The notes under the pieces were generated by a model. The model ran no database searches, was not told the origin of the DNA, and saw only the letters and a program-made list of their open reading frames with translations. A program made the position numbers and the translations under genes. Shown piece after piece: positions 24,634 to 37,674 of a DNA stretch of 64,000 nucleotides. The DNA is from Piromyces finnis finn (lineage: Eukaryota > Fungi > Neocallimastigomycota), in contig MCFH01000019.1 of assembly GCA_002104945.1 (NCBI GenBank), positions 682,001-746,000 on the forward strand, written 5' to 3'. Each line of letters opens with the position of its first letter. Position 1 is the first letter of the stretch.

Positions 24634-25402
24634 TCATAAACTAATAAACTTTACCTATTAATAATTTAATAATTCACATGTTTTAAGAATATTTAATATT
24701 TATATACGTTTTAGTAATATTATCAGCCATTTTTTATAGTATAACTTTAATCCGTTATTATTGTCTATTTTATATTTATCATAAATAAACTTTATTATAT
24801 GTTATAAATTAATATTAAACTTTATATTAAAATAATTCTAACAATTGTATATTATATAAAGCTTAATTTAGATAAATTTTTATTTTAAAATAATATTCTT
24901 TAAATATTAATTAATGGATAAAGCTTATTATAATATTTATTTCTATAATATATTTTTATATTTTTATTAATAAGTGTAATCATATAAATAATTATATGTT
25001 ACAGTATATTAAAGATTAAAGTAAATATAGATTTCAATTTTGTAATATTTTTATAAAATAAAAGAAAACATAAATTTTATAATTATTTTTTTTACAATTT
25101 GTGTAAATTATTATTTATTATTATTTAGGTGGATAAATATATGACAAAAGAGTCTTATACTTTATATTATATTTATAGATATTAAATATTTATTATAATT
25201 AAGTATGTAAAATTATAAAAACTTAATAATTTATTTAATTATTTTCACTTTTTTAAATGGATAAAAAAACAGAAGTTATATATTTTGTTATTTTTATTAT
25301 TATGAAATAAATTGATATATATTTTTATAATCATAATTAAAAAATTTTTATAAATTTATTTAACAATACATTTATATATACTAAATAATTATTAATTTTA
25401 TT

Positions 25403-28058
25403 CTATATATATCCGTTATCAAATTTGCTACTTCTAACCATCGCAGAATCTGTTGTAGGTGCTGTTATAATTGTTTGTTTGCCTACATTTCCGTTTATAC
25501 TTGTTTTCTTGTGATATTCAATAATTTTGGCAGTTATACCCATTTTACTTTTTGTATTCATGGAATTTCTTGAATCAGATTGTATATTCTTATTTTTATA
25601 TGAAATTGAACTATCATTTAATTTATTAATGCTACCACTTAAAAAGTTATCTTCTTTATTTTTTAAAATGAAATATAAAAATAATTTATATCCATAGATT
25701 AAACAATAATTTGATAATGAAAACATTATATAAATAATTTCATTTAATAAAAAGGAAACAATATAATTATTGATGTTTAATGTTTCAGTGATTATTAAAA
25801 AAATTGAATCAAGAATATCTAAACAAATTGCTCCACATAAATTTATAATTTCATAATGGATTTCTTTAATATTCCATTCAATGAATATAAGTAATAAAAA
25901 TACTAAAAATATTAAAACTTTATATAAAATAAATAAAATATGAACAAATTTTCCAAATGTTTCGTTTAATGAACATATCTCGAAATTAACATCTCCATTA
26001 TTTATATTAAATACAAAATTAACTTCATATGGTTTTATGAATGAGAGTCCATCAAGAATCAATTCAATTAAAATAAAAATGAATAAAAAGATATATCTAT
26101 TATTTTTAATCCATGTTGAATATTTATTTTCTTCTGGGAAATAAACAAATAATTTATGTAGAATAGGTATTAAATTTAGTGTAATACCAAATGTAACCAT
26201 AATCCATTTAAATTGACATTTAAATTTCGATATATCACCATATTCTAGAAAACCAGCACCTAATATTAAGCATAATCCTAATATTGAAATGAACCAAAAA
26301 TCTTTTGATAAAAAGTTATAGTATTTTTTAAATTTTTTAATATAAAGTAATACAAGTGATAAACCAAATATCATCATTAATCCTGATAAAATTCCAATGA
26401 ATAATAGAGCAAGAGAAGAATTATCATCTTCATCTAACGATATTTTATATATTTTTGAATAATCATTAATTTCATGAAGTACTTGAGATGCAGTTTTATT
26501 TCCATATAAATATTCAAAAACACGTTCTCTAAAAAATGCTGAATATTCATCATAATCTTTATTAACATGTGTTGGTCTATTAATAAATTGAATATTCTTA
26601 ACTAATTCACAATCCACAATTTTGCATACTTCTTCATCATCATATAGTTCCATTATTCCTGTTGCTATATTAGACGATGCCATTAATTCTTTTTGAGTTT
26701 CTTTCGATGTTAAATATTCAATAAAAAGGGCGGCACCTTTTTTTTTTTCTTCACTTGAAAATAAATTAATACCAATATTTGAACCACCAACACAAGATCC
26801 AGATATTCCAGATTTTCCACCAGGTAAATAATGTTGTTTATATTTCATTGAGTATATATTATTCCAATATTTTAAAAATATAGATCTTCCATTCATTAAT
26901 TTATTAATTGTATAAGGAATAACAGACTGGAATTCTTCATCTATTTTATATTTTAAATATGTTATTATTTTATAATTATTCATAATTTATTGTTTTAAGA
27001 AACCTTACCAGAAGATATTCTTTCTTTTATTTCTTTTATTTTTTCTAAAGCTTTTATTGCATTTTCACTTAATAAATCTGGAAATGGATCATTTTTTTGA
27101 TTTCTAAATGAATACATTATTTCGTATATAGAACACATTCCTGATGATACTTTTAAAGTTATAAAATATATAATTAATATTAAATATTAATAATATCATA
27201 ATTTATTTATATATAATACTTACTATCAAATAATCCATTATATGCTGATAAATCAGAATTAGGATTTTTTTTTCTATCCTCTTTAAGAATATATTCAGCT
27301 GTATCGATTAATTCATTCCATGTTGTTGGAACTTCTTGATTATATTCTTTTAGTATTTCTTCATTTACATATAAGACATTAAAGTCTACTTCAACAGGCT
27401 ATTAATAATATAATATTTTAATATCCATTATATCCATTAATTTTAATAATATGTGATGTAAATTAAATTAACTATATATAAATATATATATATTATTATT
27501 TTATGTATCAAAAAAGAAAAACGAATATTTACCAATCCAACCCATTTATCATTATAGGTACATGTTTCAGAAGCTATTCCTGAAGAATACATATCAATAT
27601 GTTCTTTTGGTAACACTGTTCTTAAATCTACTAAATATGGTCCAAATCTTATCGGGTATACATTATCATAAAATATTACATCATATTTTCCTTCTTTCTT
27701 TTTAAGCATTGTTTCAATTGTCGTTCCATAATCGTTTATAAATTGAGTAGCATTTGCTAATGTTAAAAGATTTAATTTAACTTCAACATCTAAACCTTTT
27801 TCTTCAGCTTGACTATTAAACTTTTTTATTAAATCTGTATATTCAAAATCATTACTATATGTGAATGCAATAATATTAACAATATTCTTACATTTAGCTT
27901 TTCAGTTTTATTATAGATATATATATTTAAACATATAGATATTAATATTTAATATGAATTTTATTATATAGAAAAATGTACTATTTCATAAGTATTGTCT
28001 ATTTACTTATTTTATATAAAAGTGTTGTTAAAAATATCAATATATATATATATTTCAT
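25403..28058 (-). CDS. Receptor A' (intact duplicate of A): SBP-7TM receptor
   Basis: Uninterrupted 526-aa terminal ORF 25403..26983; exon 1 ATG at 28058. Confidence 0.85.
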
Positions 28059-28470
28059 TAATGATTTTTTTTTCTTTTATTAGTATTACTTTAAAATTTA
28101 ATAATTTCATATAGCTTTATTTTATTTTTTTATTTTTATATTTTAACTATTAAAAAAGAATTATATACTTATTTTACTTTTAAATATATCAATATAATAA
28201 CTTTAAAAAAATTTATCAAATAATATAAGATTTTAAAGATTTTAATATAAATAGAGTTAGCAATTTATATATAATAAAAAAATATATAATCGTAAAACCA
28301 ATTCAAATAAATATTTATTATTTATAAATATTAGATTAATAAAAGGAATTAATTCAATATATTTATATATTAATAAATTATATATATAAATGGGTGTTAT
28401 ATTCTAATAATACATTTATTTGGTTTCTTAGTTTATAAACTAATATATATTACATGTTAAATAATTATTT

Positions 28471-31117
28471 TCAATTTGCCTTATTAAAACTATAGCTATC
28501 ATATCTATTACTTTTAGCAAACTCTGAACTTGTTGATGTATATGAAACATCATTTAAACTTGTTTTTTGATGATATTCAATAATTCTTTTAGTAATTTTA
28601 TTAGAAGCTTTAGAGTCTTTAGTATCTAATTGATTCGGATTTTTAATTTGAGTAGAATTCTCATAATTTTTAATATTCATGAGTTTTTCATCTATACTTT
28701 TTTGAGTAAAATGTAAAAATAATCTATATCCATAGATTAAACAATAATTTGATAATGAAAACATTATATAAGTAATTTCATTTAATAAAAAGGAAACAAT
28801 ATAATTATTGATGTTTAATGTTTCAGTGATTATTAAAAAAACTGAATCAAGAATATCTAAACAAATTGCTCCACATAAATTTCTAATTTCATAATGGATT
28901 TCTTTAATATTCCATTCAATGAATATAAGTAATAAAAATACTAAAAATATTAAAACTTTATATAAAATAAATAAAATATGAACGAATTTTCCAAATGTTT
29001 CGTTTAATGAACATTTCTCGAAATTAACATCTCCATTATTTATATTAAATACAAAATTAACTTCATATGGTTTTATGAATGAGAGTCCATCAAGAATCAA
29101 TTCAATTAAAATAAAAATGAATAAAAAGATATATCTATTATTTTTAATCCATGTTGAATATTTATTTTCTTCAGGGAAACAAACAAGTAATTTATGTAGA
29201 ATAGGTATTAAATTTAATGTAATACCAAATGAAAACATGATCCATTTAAATTGACATTTAAATTTTGATATATCACCATATTCTAGAAAACCAGCACCTA
29301 ATATTAAGCATAATCCTAATATTGAAATGAACCAAAAATCTTTTGATAAAAAGTTATAATAATTTTTAAATTTTTTAATATATAGTAATGCAAGTGATAA
29401 ACCAAATATCATCATTAATCCTGATAAAATTCCAATGAATAATAGAGCAAGAGAAGAATTATCATCTTCATTTAACGATATTTTATATATTTTTGAATAA
29501 TCATTAATTTCATGAAGTACTTGAGATGCAGTTTTATTTCCATATAAATATTCAAAAACACGTTCTCTAAAATATGTTGAATATATATCATAATCTTTAT
29601 TTGGTCTATTAATAAATTGAATGCTTTTGGCTAATTCACAATTTATAGTTTCACATACTTCTTCATCATCATATAAATCCATTATCCCTGATAACACATG
29701 ATATGATGTTATTAATTCTTTTTGAATTTCTTTTGATGTGAAAAACTTTATAAAAAGGGCAGCACCTTTTTTTTTTTCTTCACTTGAAAATAAATTAATA
29801 CCAATATTTGAACCACCAACACAAGATCCAGATATTCCAGGTTTTCCACCAGGTAAACGATATTGTTTATATTTTGGTGTTACCATATAGTTCCAATATT
29901 TTAAAAATATAGAATTTCCACTATTTAATTTTCCAATTGTATAACCAACAGCTGAATGAAATTCTTCATCTATTTTTCATTTTAATTATATTATTATTAT
30001 CATATTAATTTGTAATTATTTATTAATTTATTATTTTAATGAATCTTACATGTAGATATTCTTTCTTTCATTTCTTTTATTTTTTCTAAAGCTTTTATTG
30101 CATTTTCACTTAATAAATCTGGAAATGGATCATTTTTTCATTTCTAAAAGAATAAATAAACTCATATGTTGAACTCATTCCCATAGATGCTATTTTAATT
30201 TTATAACAATAAATATTAATAATTATTATTTACATAATAAACATTTTAAATATTTAGAATAGTTCAATTGATGTAAAATCATTATATTATTTATAAATTA
30301 TTACAGTCAAATGCTCCGTTATATGCTTTTAAATCAGAATTAGGATTTTTCTTTTTTTCTTCTTTAAGAATATATTCAGATGTTTTGATTAAATCATCCC
30401 AAGTTTCGGGAACTTCTTGATTATATTCATTTAAAATTTCTTCATTTACATATAAGGCATTAAAGTCTACTTCAACAGGCTATTAATAATATAATATTTT
30501 AATATTCATTACATCCATTAATTTTAGTAATATGTGATGTAAATTAAATTAAATATATATAAATACATATTTTTTATTATTCTATATATCAAAAAAGAAA
30601 AACGAAAATTTACCAATCCAACCCATTTATCATTATAGGTACATGTTTCAGAAGCTATTCCTGAAGAATACATATCAATATGTTCTTTTGGTAACACTGT
30701 TCTTAAATCTACTAAGTATGGTCCATATCTTACTGGATAAACATTATCATAAAAGATAATATCGTATTTTCCATTTTTTTTTTTAAGCATTGTTTCAATT
30801 GTCGTTCCATAATCGTTAATTTGTAGTGTGGCATTTGCCATTGTTAAAAGATTTAATTTAACTTCAACATCTAAACCTTTTTCTTCAGCTTGACTATTAA
30901 ACTTTTTTATTAGGTCTATATATTCAAAATCAGTATTATATGTGAATGCAATAGCATTAATGACATTTTTGCATTCAACTTTTAATATTAAATATATATA
31001 TATATACAAGCTTTAGTATTATTTTTAAAATGAATCATATTATTTTATAATTATTAAATATTTACTAATTTTATATATAAATGTTGTTAAAAATATTAAT
31101 ATAAATATATATTTCAT
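28471..31117 (-). CDS. Receptor C: SBP-7TM receptor paralog
   Basis: Exon 1 MKYIFILIFLTTFIYKI (ATG 31117); ORFs 30524..31009 and 28471..29886; C-terminal half identical to B. Confidence 0.8.
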
Positions 31118-31234
31118 TTTGAAAATTTATTTGACAAAATGTTTTTTTTATTGTGTAATATGTATTAAGTAATATAATTTTATTGACATTTTTAAAAATA
31201 AACTTTTATTAAAATTTAAAAGTTCAAAAATCTA

Positions 31235-31938
31235 TAAATAAAAAATAACTATCTCTACAGCACGTAGACATTACGTTTACAACACTTTTAATACATGTTT
31301 ATATTTTTATAAGTTAGTCAGGTGTGTATATAAATATATGCTATAGATAAATAAAATTATGTGTCCATAAATTTTTTTTTTTTTTTTTTTTTTTAGACTT
31401 CCATATATCCTCATCTAACCCCCCTGAGTTATATATGGTATGTGATTGTACATTATTGTACATTGCCATATCAGAACGACGTCGGCACAATCATCCCTCT
31501 GGGCAGGGCTAATATGGAATGGCTTATTGCTCTTAACGATCCTATCACACAAAGACCGAGCTACCAACACCAGTGATCTCCTGAACCTTTATTGGCGAAG
31601 GATGATTAACGATGAGAACAACCCTCAAAGACCATAGTTAGTAATCTGTGAATTAATTGATACCCCTTCCTACATATACTCTAAACTTCAGTGGGAAAAC
31701 CGCTTGATACGGAGAAAACTACCAATCTGAATTAACTGCTTAGGGTAGAGTCCGGTGGTATAGTTATACTTACCTGAATTGACCTTTAACCCCTATACTT
31801 TAAGCGCAAACCTGAAACAGGAAAATCGCTAAAGAACTGTCAATGGCGGGGGTCGAACCAGAAGCCTTATGAATGCTAAGCGGGGGTCTTAACAACCAGG
31901 ATAGAAACTGGAACGACATGTGTCCATAAATGCTAACA
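31235..31938 (-). repeat. Degenerate partial LTR of the copia-1 family, interrupted by SINE-2
   Basis: 31235-31371 plus 31918-31938 align with the reverse complement of the first ~150 nt of LTR 47480-47749 (CGTAGACATTACGTTTACAACACTTTTAATACATG; ...ATGTGTCCATAAATG). Confidence 0.75.
31372..31917 (-). mobile_element. tRNA(Ala)-derived SINE, subfamily 2, full length
   Basis: Head GTCGTTCCAGTTTCTATCCTGGTTGTTAAG...CGCTTAGCAT...GGTTCGACCCC shared with SINE-1; different body; poly(A) tail; 13-bp TSD ATGTGTCCATAAA (31359-71 and 31918-30). Confidence 0.85.
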
Positions 31939-33735
31939 AATATAAAGATGATATTTTAAATAATAAATAAAATATTTAAAGGATATATATAATAATATGA
32001 TATATTTTAAAGATATTAAAATATAAATAAATCCTAAATATAAAACCTAACTCCTAACCTAACCCACGCTATTTACTAAAATATTCCTAAACTTAATTTT
32101 TATTATATATGTTTATAATATTTTTTTAATATTTAGAGGGAATTGTATATCTAATGATTTTATATACATATCTTAAATTTAAAATTTTGATTATATCTTT
32201 TTACATGTTAATAGCAGCAGATAAAAATATTAATATTCAATATTTAAAATTGTTAGAATATATGAAACATATGACACATGGATTGAATGTATTGAAATAT
32301 ATTTTAATGTATTGTATTTGATTAGATGTTTATCATAAATTATATTAATAAAGTTGCCATCGTTATAAAACCTAAATTAACAACTCTCAATAAAAACAAT
32401 TCATTATAATATTTATAGTTAGAGAATTAGATTTAAAATAAAATTTCAAAAATAAAGATGATTACTTTAGTTTAACATTTATTATTACCCTTTATTTAAA
32501 TGAATGTCACATTTCTATAGCATTATTATTTATTACTTATTACTATATTATTTATAAAATAATTAAATAATTTTGGTTTTGTAATAATTAATTATAATTA
32601 GACAATTAATTATTGAAGGTAAAAACTCTATAGAATCATTTTTATAGATGAAAGTTAATGATTATATTTTTTTTATATATATTAAGTTAACTATAAACAA
32701 TTTTTAAATTACTTAGAATAGAATGTATAGATTAGACATATATATTTTATTATCTTATTATATATTTCATAAATTTTAATTAAATAATTAAACACTATCA
32801 TAAAGCATATATATATTTTTATTTAGTTTTTTTATATAGTAAGATAATTTTCATATTTTTTTTTTTTTTTTTTTTTCATTTTCAAAGTTAAAATTAATAA
32901 ATTTTATAATTTATTATGAAATTCTAATTTTAAATTAAATACATTAACTAAAACTTTAATTCTTTTATTATTAGAAAAAATATCAAAACTTAAGTCTGTA
33001 TTAGATAAACATTGCATTACACGTTAAGTTTAATATTTTATAATATATTTTATAAAATATAAAATTAGTAAAACAATTAATTCTTAATTATTTTTATTAT
33101 CCTTACAAAGTATTAATATTAGAAAAATAATGAATCGGCGGGAGATAATTTGTTATATAGCTATTTAAAAAAACATTTCTATTTATATTATTTTAAAATG
33201 AGTTTTTAATTTTTTAAAATAGTTTAATATATATTTAGAAAATCAAAGTTACATCTATATTATCAAAAATAATTAAGATAAAATTTCCTTTTATGTAGAT
33301 AATTAAAATTATCTATTTTTGTTTAGTTTTTATTTTTTTTAAATTAAAATTCATTTTCAAAAATTAATATTTAAAGTTTAATATTGATAATTTTCTATTT
33401 TTAAATTAAATAAAACTTTAATTATCATATTGAAAATTTATTTATTTATAATTAATACTATATTTAATAATACTTTATTTCTAAAAATAATAAAAACATT
33501 AAATAATATATTTTCTTAATTCACTTTATTTTTAAAAAAAAGTATAAAAAAGAAAAAAAAGCTTTTTTTTTTTTACATTATGCTTTCATTTCTAATATTT
33601 TAATATTGAATATTTTAATAAAAGAAATGAAAGCATGGAAAAAAAGTAATAAATTTTATGTATTTGAAAAAAATTTATTTATAATCTATTAAAAAATTAT
33701 AATAAAAATTTAAAAAAAAATGGTAAAACTTGCTA

Positions 33736-33816
33736 TTTCTTGAAAATGTTTATATACCACAAAATTTCAAAATCATAATGAGAAATTTCTATACCAAAAA
33801 CTGACGTGAAATGCAA
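33736..33816 (+). promoter_or_regulatory. Conserved bipartite upstream element of hairpin cluster 1
   Basis: TATACC at 33753 and 33790 (37 bp apart); homologous to the elements before clusters 2-4. Confidence 0.55.
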
Positions 33817-33922
33817 AAAAAAATTATTTTTTAACGAATTTTTAAATTTTATTTTTTAGTAATTAGTAAAATAAAATTTTATCAAATGTATTTTATTCAT
33901 TACTTATTAAAAAAGAAGGAAT

Positions 33923-34146
33923 TTGGTACAAACTCAAGGCGGACTCATAAAATATACTTGGGTTGACTAGCGCTTGAACCAAGTCTTGCTTATAATTGAA
34001 ATATAAAGATTTTGGGTACAAACTTAAGGCGGATATATTATATTAATGTATCGTCGTAGCGCTTAAACCTGAATCGAAAAAAGAAAATGAGGTTTATCAA
34101 GAGCGGATCATTTAAATGCATGGTTGGCTAGCGCTTGAGCCTTATT
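33923..34146 (+). ncRNA. Hairpin-motif cluster 1 (3 units), candidate structured ncRNA
   Basis: Units 33923-33982, 34008-34075 and 34086-34146 share the core YAAG(A)GCGGA-stem/loop-G(A/U/G)C(G)UAGCGCUURA with compensatory changes. Confidence 0.6.
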
Positions 34147-34319
34147 TTTAAATAATAAAATCTATTAAAGGTGTAAAGGACGAAATAAATTCAATAAAAA
34201 TTATTTTAAATTTAGAATGGAATTTTTATGGATTATTTTGAATTTGAAAACTTTTAATAGAAGTTTTTTTATAAAGAATATATTGACTATTTTTTTTATA
34301 ATTAAACAACAAGTTCTAT

Positions 34320-34830
34320 TTCTTATCCAAAAATTAGTTCTATAAACTTAAATTAAACTTATCCAAAAATTAGTTCTATAAACTTATCCTAAAAAACAAA
34401 ACAACTTAAATTAAACTTAAATTAAATTGAACAAAAATTAGTTCTATAAACTTATCCTAAAAAACAAAACAACTTAAATTAAACTTAAATTAAATTGAAC
34501 AAAAATTAGTTCTATAAACTTATCCTAAAAAACAAAACAACTTAAACTTAAATTAAACAAAAATTAGTTCTATAAACTTATCCTAAAAACAAAACAACTT
34601 AAACTTAAATTAAACAAAAATTAGTTCTATAAACTTATCCTAAAAACAAAACAACTTAAATTAAACTTAAACAAAAATTAGTTCTATAAACTTATCCTAA
34701 AAACAAAGCAGCTTAAATTAAACTTAAAATAAACAAATTAAACTTAAATAATAATCAAATCAAGAAATTTAAATAAAAATTAGTTCTATAAACTTATCCT
34801 AAAAACTTAAATTAAACTATAAATTAATCC
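34320..34830 (+). repeat. Minisatellite, ~54-68-bp units
   Basis: Repeated AAAAATTAGTTCTATAAACTTATCCTAAAAA(A)CAAAACAACTTAAA..., about 8-9 copies. Confidence 0.85.
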
Positions 34831-36008
34831 TAAAATAACAAAATCGAAAATTATAAATAAAGTAGATCTTTAAGTAATTTTCAAAAAAATTTTCAGAAGT
34901 TTTTCAAATTAATTTTAAATTAAAATTTAGTTCTATTTTCTTATCCTGAAAAAAATTAATTGAAAACTTTAAAATTAAACTTAACAAATTTTCAAAATTA
35001 TTATTAGTATGTTTTTTTTAGGTTGATCTTAAAAAATAATACTTTCAAAAAAAAGTTTTTTTTAAAGTAGAGCTTTAAAAAAACTAACATAACTTCAAAA
35101 AACTTAAACTAAAATAAACTTAAATTAAACTATAAACTAAAATAAACTTAAACTATAAAAATTTTTAATTTTAATTTTAGTGTATTAATTTTTTTGTATT
35201 ACAATGAACATATTTATTAATCAGTAATTTGTAAGTTTTAAAACTTGTCTATTATTACCTTTAATTGGTATTTTATAAGGTATAATTTCATTTTCGCTTT
35301 TACTCCATCTAAAAGGTTATTACCCTTAATTAGTATTTTATAAGCTATTATTTCATTTTCAATTTTACTCCATCTTAAAGGTTAAAGTTTAATATTTTTG
35401 AATTAAGTATGGGTAAAATATAAGAATTACATTTTTTTCAACAATAAATTTTATAATAATATATATATTGAAGGGTTTGCTTTAAAATATTATTTATATT
35501 GGTAATAAGCAATAATTTTAATATATAATGTTCTTAATAATTACTATTAAACTTTTAATTAATAATCTAAATATAATTTAAATATTTAATTCAGTAATTT
35601 TAATTATATAATAAAAATTTATTCAAAAACATTATTTATAAAATTCTTTAGTTATAATTATGCTTTGTTATATAAAATAAATAAAAATATTTATTAACAT
35701 TTCTATATAAAAGACATTAAATTCATAATTAATTTATATTTTTAGGTTATATTGATTATAATTTGTATAATTAAATAAAAATTTTAATCTAAATAACATT
35801 AAAAAAGTATAAAAAGGAAAGAAATTCTGTGCACATTTTTTTCTTTGTACTTTTCATTTCTTAAATTTATATATTTTAAAATAAAATAAAAGATATAGAT
35901 TTATTGAGATGGAAGTACAAAACTAAAACAAAAAAAAAAAAACAATAAAACAAATAATAATAATAACAATAATAATTCTATATAATATATGCTATGTAAC
36001 TTTGTATC

Positions 36009-36225
36009 TTCTTGATGATGTTTTTATACCTAAGATTTTCATTAATTTGAGAATTTTTAAATATACCCAAAACTACCTTGAAATACAATAACAATATACA
36101 ATATATTATTATAATTATATTAATATAATTATTTTTTTAGTTATTTCTTTTTAGTAACTATAAATTAAAATAAAAAATAAAAACAAGATTTCTCAAATGT
36201 GTTTATTCATTGCTTACTCCCCAAA
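36009..36225 (+). promoter_or_regulatory. Conserved upstream boxes of cluster 2 (copy at 38250-38466 for cluster 3)
   Basis: TTCTTGATGATGTTTTTATACC (TATACC 36025), TATACCCAAAACTACCTTGAAATACAA (36062), and a third box GTGTTTATTCATTGCTTACTCCCCA. Confidence 0.55.
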
Positions 36226-36269
36226 TTCAAATTTAAAAAACTAAAGAAAATTAGAAATGAAGAAAGAAA

Positions 36270-36749
36270 TTTGGTACAAACTCAAGGCGGATTCTTATTT
36301 ATTTTCTAAATATTATTCTCTAAATACTAGAATTGACTAGCGCTTGAACCAAACTTTACTTTTGTAACAAAGAATGAAATTTTGGGTACCAACTTAAGGC
36401 GGATTCTATTTTGATAATAGAATTGTCGTAGCGCTTAAACCTAAAATTTTAATTTAAAAATGAAAAGATTAATCAAGAGCGGATCATTTTATATAAATAA
36501 TATATATAAATAATATATATAAATAATATATATAAATAATATATAAATAATGAAATGATTGACTAGCGCTTGAATCTTTTTTTTTTTAAATTTAAATATG
36601 TTAATAATAAAAAATTTTAGAATATACTCTAAAATTTATAATTAATTAAAGGAGCAAATCCAAGAGCGGATTCAAATTATTATCTATTTTATTTGAATTA
36701 AAATAAAATATATATAAATATTTTGAATTGTCGTAGCGCTTGATCCTTT
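36270..36749 (+). ncRNA. Hairpin-motif cluster 2 (4 units)
   Basis: Units 36270-36353, 36378-36448, 36463-36580 and 36648-36749. Confidence 0.6.
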
Positions 36750-37026
36750 AATAATAAATATAATATTAAATAAATATTATAAAAATTTTTAAAATATATT
36801 TAATAAAATAATGATAATAAAATAATAAAAAAAAATTCTTATCAAGAATTATGTTTAAAATTCAAATATAATATTTGTTATTTATTTAAGAAAAATAAAT
36901 ATATTAAATAATATTGTGATGTCTTAATTATTACAAATTATATTATTGATAAATAAAAATTAATTATTTTTATATTTTTTGATTGTGTAAAAAATGATTA
37001 GGTTTGTTAGTCTTTAAATGGGAAGC

Positions 37027-37480
37027 TTTTTAAAATAACATTTTATAAATAAACAATTATAATTATACAAATAATATAAATAAAAATAATTATAAAATAA
37101 TATTTATTTAAAAAGCGAGGTAGTATTTATCCCCCCATTTTTGGTCATTTTAGCCAGAATTTCTAACCAGAAGAAATTCGACCTCTGCCAGACTTTTAGC
37201 CAGGATTTTTTCTGTTTTTCTCATTTTTTTACCAAAACCAGACAAATTTCAGTTCAAAAAGAATTTGAGAAAGTGAAACTTTCTACAATTCGTCAAGGGA
37301 TGGATATCCCGTTGAATATATTCGCCGCTCGAAATACATGTACATCACTTGATATATCAAGTGATGTCCAACCATGTCTATATTTTTAAAATAACATTTT
37401 ATAAATAAACAATTATAATTATACAAATAATATAAATAAAAATAATTATAAAATAATATTTATCTAAAAAGCTAAGTAGT
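37027..37480. repeat. ~260-bp GC-richer segment bracketed by ~95-bp direct repeats, with a 26-bp perfect palindrome
   Basis: Repeats ~37027-37124 and ~37383-37480; ACATCACTTGATATATCAAGTGATGT at 37342-37367. Confidence 0.6.
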
Positions 37481-37674
37481 TTTTATATAATATTTTTTGT
37501 TATAATTATATATAATAAAAAAAATGAGTAGCATCATTTTATACAGATAAATGAATATAAAAATAAGGTTATATTTATTTAATTATGATTATATTAATTT
37601 CAAAATTCAAATTTTATATATAAAGAGAGAATTACTATAATATTTATGAAACTGTTGTGTTTTTTTTTTTTTAG

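Larger units (their letters stand above)
21270..29046 (+). repeat. Second copy of a ~7.8-kb near-identical segmental duplication of 4431-12205
   Basis: Offsets of 16839, 16840 and 16841; the differences I found are single-base homopolymer indels (~7040 and ~9265). First substitutions appear at 12206 and 12257. Confidence 0.9.
35808..36785 (+). repeat. ~980-bp direct duplication (second copy 38050-39026) carrying the upstream element and cluster 2/3
   Basis: Offset 2241-2242 with few substitutions. Confidence 0.9.

Noticed and set aside
30991-31006. (TA)n tract near the start of receptor C as a phase-variation switch
   Set aside because: It lies in intron 1; the true exon 1 is at 31117-31066 with a GT-AG intron shared by all paralogs.
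31766-31917. ATACTTACCTG as the start of a U1 snRNA gene
   Set aside because: Similarity stops after 11 nt, with no U1 stem-loops or Sm site; it lies antisense within SINE-2.
32040-32066. CCTAA-like repeats as telomeric or Helentron remnants
   Set aside because: Only ~3 imperfect units, with no supporting structure.
36010-36020. TGATGA as a snoRNA C box
   Set aside because: It is not conserved in cluster 1 (TGAAAA), and there is no consistent D box.
36270-36749. Hairpin units as known ribozymes (pistol AAGCG-P3-GU; twister GGU.CAAG loop; VS AAUUGUCGUAGC; hammerhead)
   Set aside because: Only local resemblances by eye: no pistol P1/P2 pseudoknot, no twister UAA site, no CUGAUGA/GAAA, and half the units have GA rather than GU. 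A formal Rfam scan is still needed.
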